64,000 nt of DNA. It comes from Bacillota bacterium. Its GTDB lineage: Bacteria; Bacillota; Bacilli; Bacillales; Bacillaceae. The notes beneath the pieces are model-generated. The model had not been told where the DNA came from. It searched no databases and saw only the letters and a program-made list of their open reading frames with translations. The DNA is taken from NCBI GenBank assembly GCA_051750265.1, contig JBNJJO010000013.1, forward strand, positions 20,946-84,945, in the 5' to 3' direction. Positions 60,848 through 64,000 of the stretch are shown here, one piece after another. The position numbers and the translations under genes were made by a program. Within the stretch, counting starts at the first letter, position 1, and every line of letters starts with the position of its first letter.

Positions 60848-62317
60848 TCATATCCTAGTCCGATAAACCAATGGTGTACATGCTTCAAGTTGTTTAAACT
60901 TAGCACTAAAATACGTTTGATGAGAATAACCTGTTAATCGTGAAATTTCTTCTAGCGGTAAATCCGTTTCCTGTAATAGGCGTTTTGCTTCTCGGATTCG
61001 GACTTGATGAAGTGTATCTCGAAAGGATTGCCCTGATTCAGCTGCAAAGCGACGGCTGATGGTACTTTTATTTAAGCGAAGCACATCGGCACATGCCGCT
61101 AAATTCCACTGAGCGTCCCAATAGTTTGATTCAATCATCGCCTTTACCTTTTCCACAAGTTTACCTTGGCCTTCCTGTACATTATCACGTCCTTGGACTA
61201 GCAATTGGGTGATAAAGGTAAGTAACTCTGAAACGATCTGGTAGATCACAGGCTTTCGGATAATTTGCTGAAAGACATTATGATATGCCGTTTCCCATTC
61301 TGCTTCTTGCGTTTTGTAAGCTTTCATATATCTGCGGATTTGCGCGAGAACGCTAGTTAGCCTAATTCGGACCATATCAGGGCTTGGATATGGTCTTCTA
61401 TATGTAAAAAATTCATGTTCTACCCACTCACGAATCGCTTTTGTATCCTTCTTTTCAAGCATTTCGACCCATTGACGTTGCTCAATAGGTGTAAGGAAGG
61501 GATCCATATCACGCCAACCTGAACGTTCATCTTCGGCCAAAATAATGTCATAGCCCTCGAAGAAAACCTGTTCTGTCAATTGCTTTGTTTTTTGGTAAAC
61601 TTCTTTTAACGTGTCCTTTTCTGTTGAAGCATTTATAACAAGTGCAAGCGGCTCCTTCATCTGCTCTTTCCAGTGCGCAAGAAATGTACGATATTCTTCA
61701 TTTAGCACCGACGTTTCCTGTGTTTCATGTATACCTAATATGAACCCGGATAATGCAAAAAAACGATTCTTTCCTGTAAAGTGATAACCTTGCAAGGTGT
61801 CATAGACAAGTGGCAGTGTGTTGGCATGTGGAGTTACAAAAGCAGACATTATGACAGGTTGTGGATGGATTTGTTCGGTTAAGAAAAAATCAGGGTAGTC
61901 AATGTCAACCATATCTGTTTTTTCCAATATGCTTATGGGAGCTTGTTGCTGCTCATTCCTTATTTGAAAGCGTAATTGCTGAATTTGTTTGATTAAATCT
62001 GTAGGAGAAAACGGCCGAAATAAAATGTCTTCCGCATGTAAGCGAAGTCCCCGATAGGCAACTTGAAAAACCCTTTCCGATGAGATTCCCAACCAACGGA
62101 TTTTGTTATTTTGTAACATCTCTTTAAGTGTCTCATCATCCCAAGCCCATTTATCCATATCCAATATGATAAAGTCTGGCTTATCATATTGAAGCGCATT
62201 TGATAGCCCCATGATATCATTCCATACCGTTAATTGAATTCCGGTTAAATGTGATTGTATGATCCAGCGAATTCCTTGTGCTTCTAGTGCATCTTTAGCC
62301 ACCATATGAATCTTCAT
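60848..62317 (-). CDS. AraC-family regulator with a degenerate N-terminal receiver domain
   Basis: REC-like N-terminus (PDFIILDMD, LFRPFS); C-terminal AraC HTH (ISRRF...VRIREAKRLL...GYSHQTYFSAKFK...TP). Confidence 0.85.
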   Translation of the reverse strand: MKIHMVAKDALEAQGIRWIIQSHLTGIQLTVWNDIMGLSNALQYDKPDFIILDMDKWAWDDETLKEMLQNNKIRWLGISSERVFQVAYRGLRLHAEDILFRPFSPTDLIKQIQQLRFQIRNEQQQAPISILEKTDMVDIDYPDFFLTEQIHPQPVIMSAFVTPHANTLPLVYDTLQGYHFTGKNRFFALSGFILGIHETQETSVLNEEYRTFLAHWKEQMKEPLALVINASTEKDTLKEVYQKTKQLTEQVFFEGYDIILAEDERSGWRDMDPFLTPIEQRQWVEMLEKKDTKAIREWVEHEFFTYRRPYPSPDMVRIRLTSVLAQIRRYMKAYKTQEAEWETAYHNVFQQIIRKPVIYQIVSELLTFITQLLVQGRDNVQEGQGKLVEKVKAMIESNYWDAQWNLAACADVLRLNKSTISRRFAAESGQSFRDTLHQVRIREAKRLLQETDLPLEEISRLTGYSHQTYFSAKFKQLEACTPLVYRTRI

Positions 62318-62517
62318 TGCTGTAACTCCTATTTTTAGTTAGACATTTATTACAAATCTTGTCTTGGTGAACATTTTAACACCTTAATTTTACTACATTT
62401 CCATTTTCAAATGCTATAACAGGGTGTGCCTATCTTTATGATGCAGACTTAAACAATGCTGTATCCAAAGGATAAACGAAAAAATATTTCTTCACTGACA
62501 ATCTCAGGAGGCTACAT

Positions 62518-63060
62518 TTATTCACCCATCGCATTTGCCATATTTACAAGCTTGTTAATTGTTTTCCAGTTACGCAATGTTGCCGGGACACCTAATTTTT
62601 GAAGATGAATTGCAAGTTTAGAATTCCGGATACTTTGACGGAAAAATAGGTGAATCTCTTTCCCCTCAATTTGGTACTCATCTATTTCACTTTTAAAGTT
62701 GTTCAAATAGTCGATCCCTTCCTGTGAAGGAAATTCAGCCATGAAAGATATGTGTACACTCTCCCCTTCCGATAATGTGTCAGCCGGGAAAGGGCAATTT
62801 CTGATAATATGTTCTAGTTCTGTAGCAGTTCTTAAGATAACCGGGACTAAAAAACCAAAAGCAGTTCTTATCTCTTGCTCAATTCGTTCGCTTAGTTCCT
62901 CTGGCTTCACTTCAGATTTAAACAGGACATTACCACTTTGTATATATGTTTTTACACTCTCAAAGCCCATTGTTTCAAATAGATTTTTTAGTTCGGCCAT
63001 TTTAATTATCTTATGACCACCTACGTTAATACCGCGTAGCAGAGCAATATAAATCGTCAT
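62518..63060 (-). CDS. DUF1697 family protein
   Basis: YIALLRGINVGG, VKTYIQSGNV, TLRNWKT. Confidence 0.92.
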   Translation of the reverse strand: MTIYIALLRGINVGGHKIIKMAELKNLFETMGFESVKTYIQSGNVLFKSEVKPEELSERIEQEIRTAFGFLVPVILRTATELEHIIRNCPFPADTLSEGESVHISFMAEFPSQEGIDYLNNFKSEIDEYQIEGKEIHLFFRQSIRNSKLAIHLQKLGVPATLRNWKTINKLVNMANAMGE

Positions 63061-63468
63061 TTTCCACCTCTCTTTTTGGTAATATTATAAATATTACTCC
63101 AATTATTAAATAGCATAGTTACAGTATCACCAATCTTATCTTACTACAAAAAAGGTAATATAAAGTGCTCATCGTTTATTATTTCTCCTGAAGAAAAAAT
63201 GAAAGCCCCGCATCAGGTAGGACTATTTTGATGTGTATAAATGAGAACGTAGTACCCCAATATACAAGGAGATGTTATTTACCATGATTCACATCTTCGT
63301 AAATTATTAAATCACTACCTTCAAGCTGATGGTAAAGGCTTCAGCTTGAACTTTTTCTGTACTTATTGATTATGATGATGTATATTTCATCATGCCTGGT
63401 TAATAATCAAGCAAAATGGATAAAACTAACCAACGAAGGTAGTTCAACATACATAATGGAGTGATTAG

Positions 63469-63648
63469 ATGAGTAAAGGTAAGGCTAAAGGCGGAACAGG
63501 TAGAGGGACAGGCAAGAAGGGCTGGACCCGATGGAAAGCTGGTGCCAACAAAGCAAAGAGCGCCAAACCTTATACAAGCAAAGGTGTTAAACATGCGAAT
63601 GACGCAAAGACCGCTAGTAGTAATAAAGGTGACAATTCTGAAATTTAG
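63469..63648 (+). CDS. Small basic Gly/Lys-rich protein (DUF3934-like), 59 aa
   Basis: MSKGKAKGGTGRGTGKKGWTRW...KPYTSKG; RBS GGAGTG; just below the ORF-track length cutoff. Confidence 0.75.
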   Translation: MSKGKAKGGTGRGTGKKGWTRWKAGANKAKSAKPYTSKGVKHANDAKTASSNKGDNSEI

Positions 63649-63837
63649 CGACTGCTTTTGTAAATGAACTAACTCCTCATTAACAAGTAGAGCAAATACT
63701 TGGAGACTTCTAGAGCGTCTCCTTTTGTGTTTTTGTTGAATAAAACAATTCAATGTTCTAGTTTAACGGGTGCTATATTGTTAATGTCGAGAGGAAATAC
63801 CTAATGAAAATAATAGTTAGTTAATAAAGTTCATTAA

Positions 63838-63874
63838 GAAAAAAGCTTATCGTTGTCTGCAGATAAGCTTTTTT
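63838..63874. terminator. Intrinsic bidirectional terminator-like hairpin
   Basis: AAAAAAGCTTATC...GATAAGCTTTTTT. Confidence 0.6.
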
Positions 63875-64000
63875 CTTTTAAATGAGATTTAAACCTTACT
63901 ATGGTAATACTTTAGTATTGGTTGCACTATTTTTCAGGGTTATAAAAGGTCAACTTTAGCACCTATAAATTTATTACACTGATAAATTTTATTAACCTAG

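Noticed and set aside
900-63016. Numerous short plus-strand ORFs overlapping long minus-strand genes
   Set aside because: Antisense shadow frames of well-supported genes, with no motifs or RBS.
63400-63753. 117-aa minus-strand ORF
   Set aside because: Antisense shadow of the 59-aa plus-strand DUF3934-like gene, which has the RBS.

Overview
Low-GC chromosomal window from a spore-forming Bacillaceae bacterium, with most genes on the minus strand. In order: a YesM/YesN-type two-component pair, azoR, and a LacI-regulated 2-ketogluconate-type operon. Next is a decaying island with an aminotransferase pseudogene, an intact metK, mtnE/W/B/D remnants and a DUF429-like gene. Then come the sigma54/KamR-controlled lysine 2,3-aminomutase (kamA/yod) cluster, a large secreted YhcR-like nuclease/5'-nucleotidase, and an HTH gene split by two different MITEs. 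These are followed by small accessory or sporulation-type genes, a class IV PHA cluster, a TPP-riboswitch operon and the hut operon. The most interesting element is the TPP-riboswitch operon: LuxE-like acyl-protein synthetase, LuxC-like acyl reductase, ThiXYZ-like ABC importer, SDR and thiM-thiD-thiE, with no luciferase genes. I infer a thiamine-salvage route that re-reduces oxidised (carboxylic acid) thiazole or pyrimidine breakdown products. The window also holds three copies of an ISL3-like MITE with 8-bp target duplications, one IS1182-like MITE, and a structured repeat that carries a perfect DnaA box. All family assignments come from motif recognition by eye; no database searches were run.
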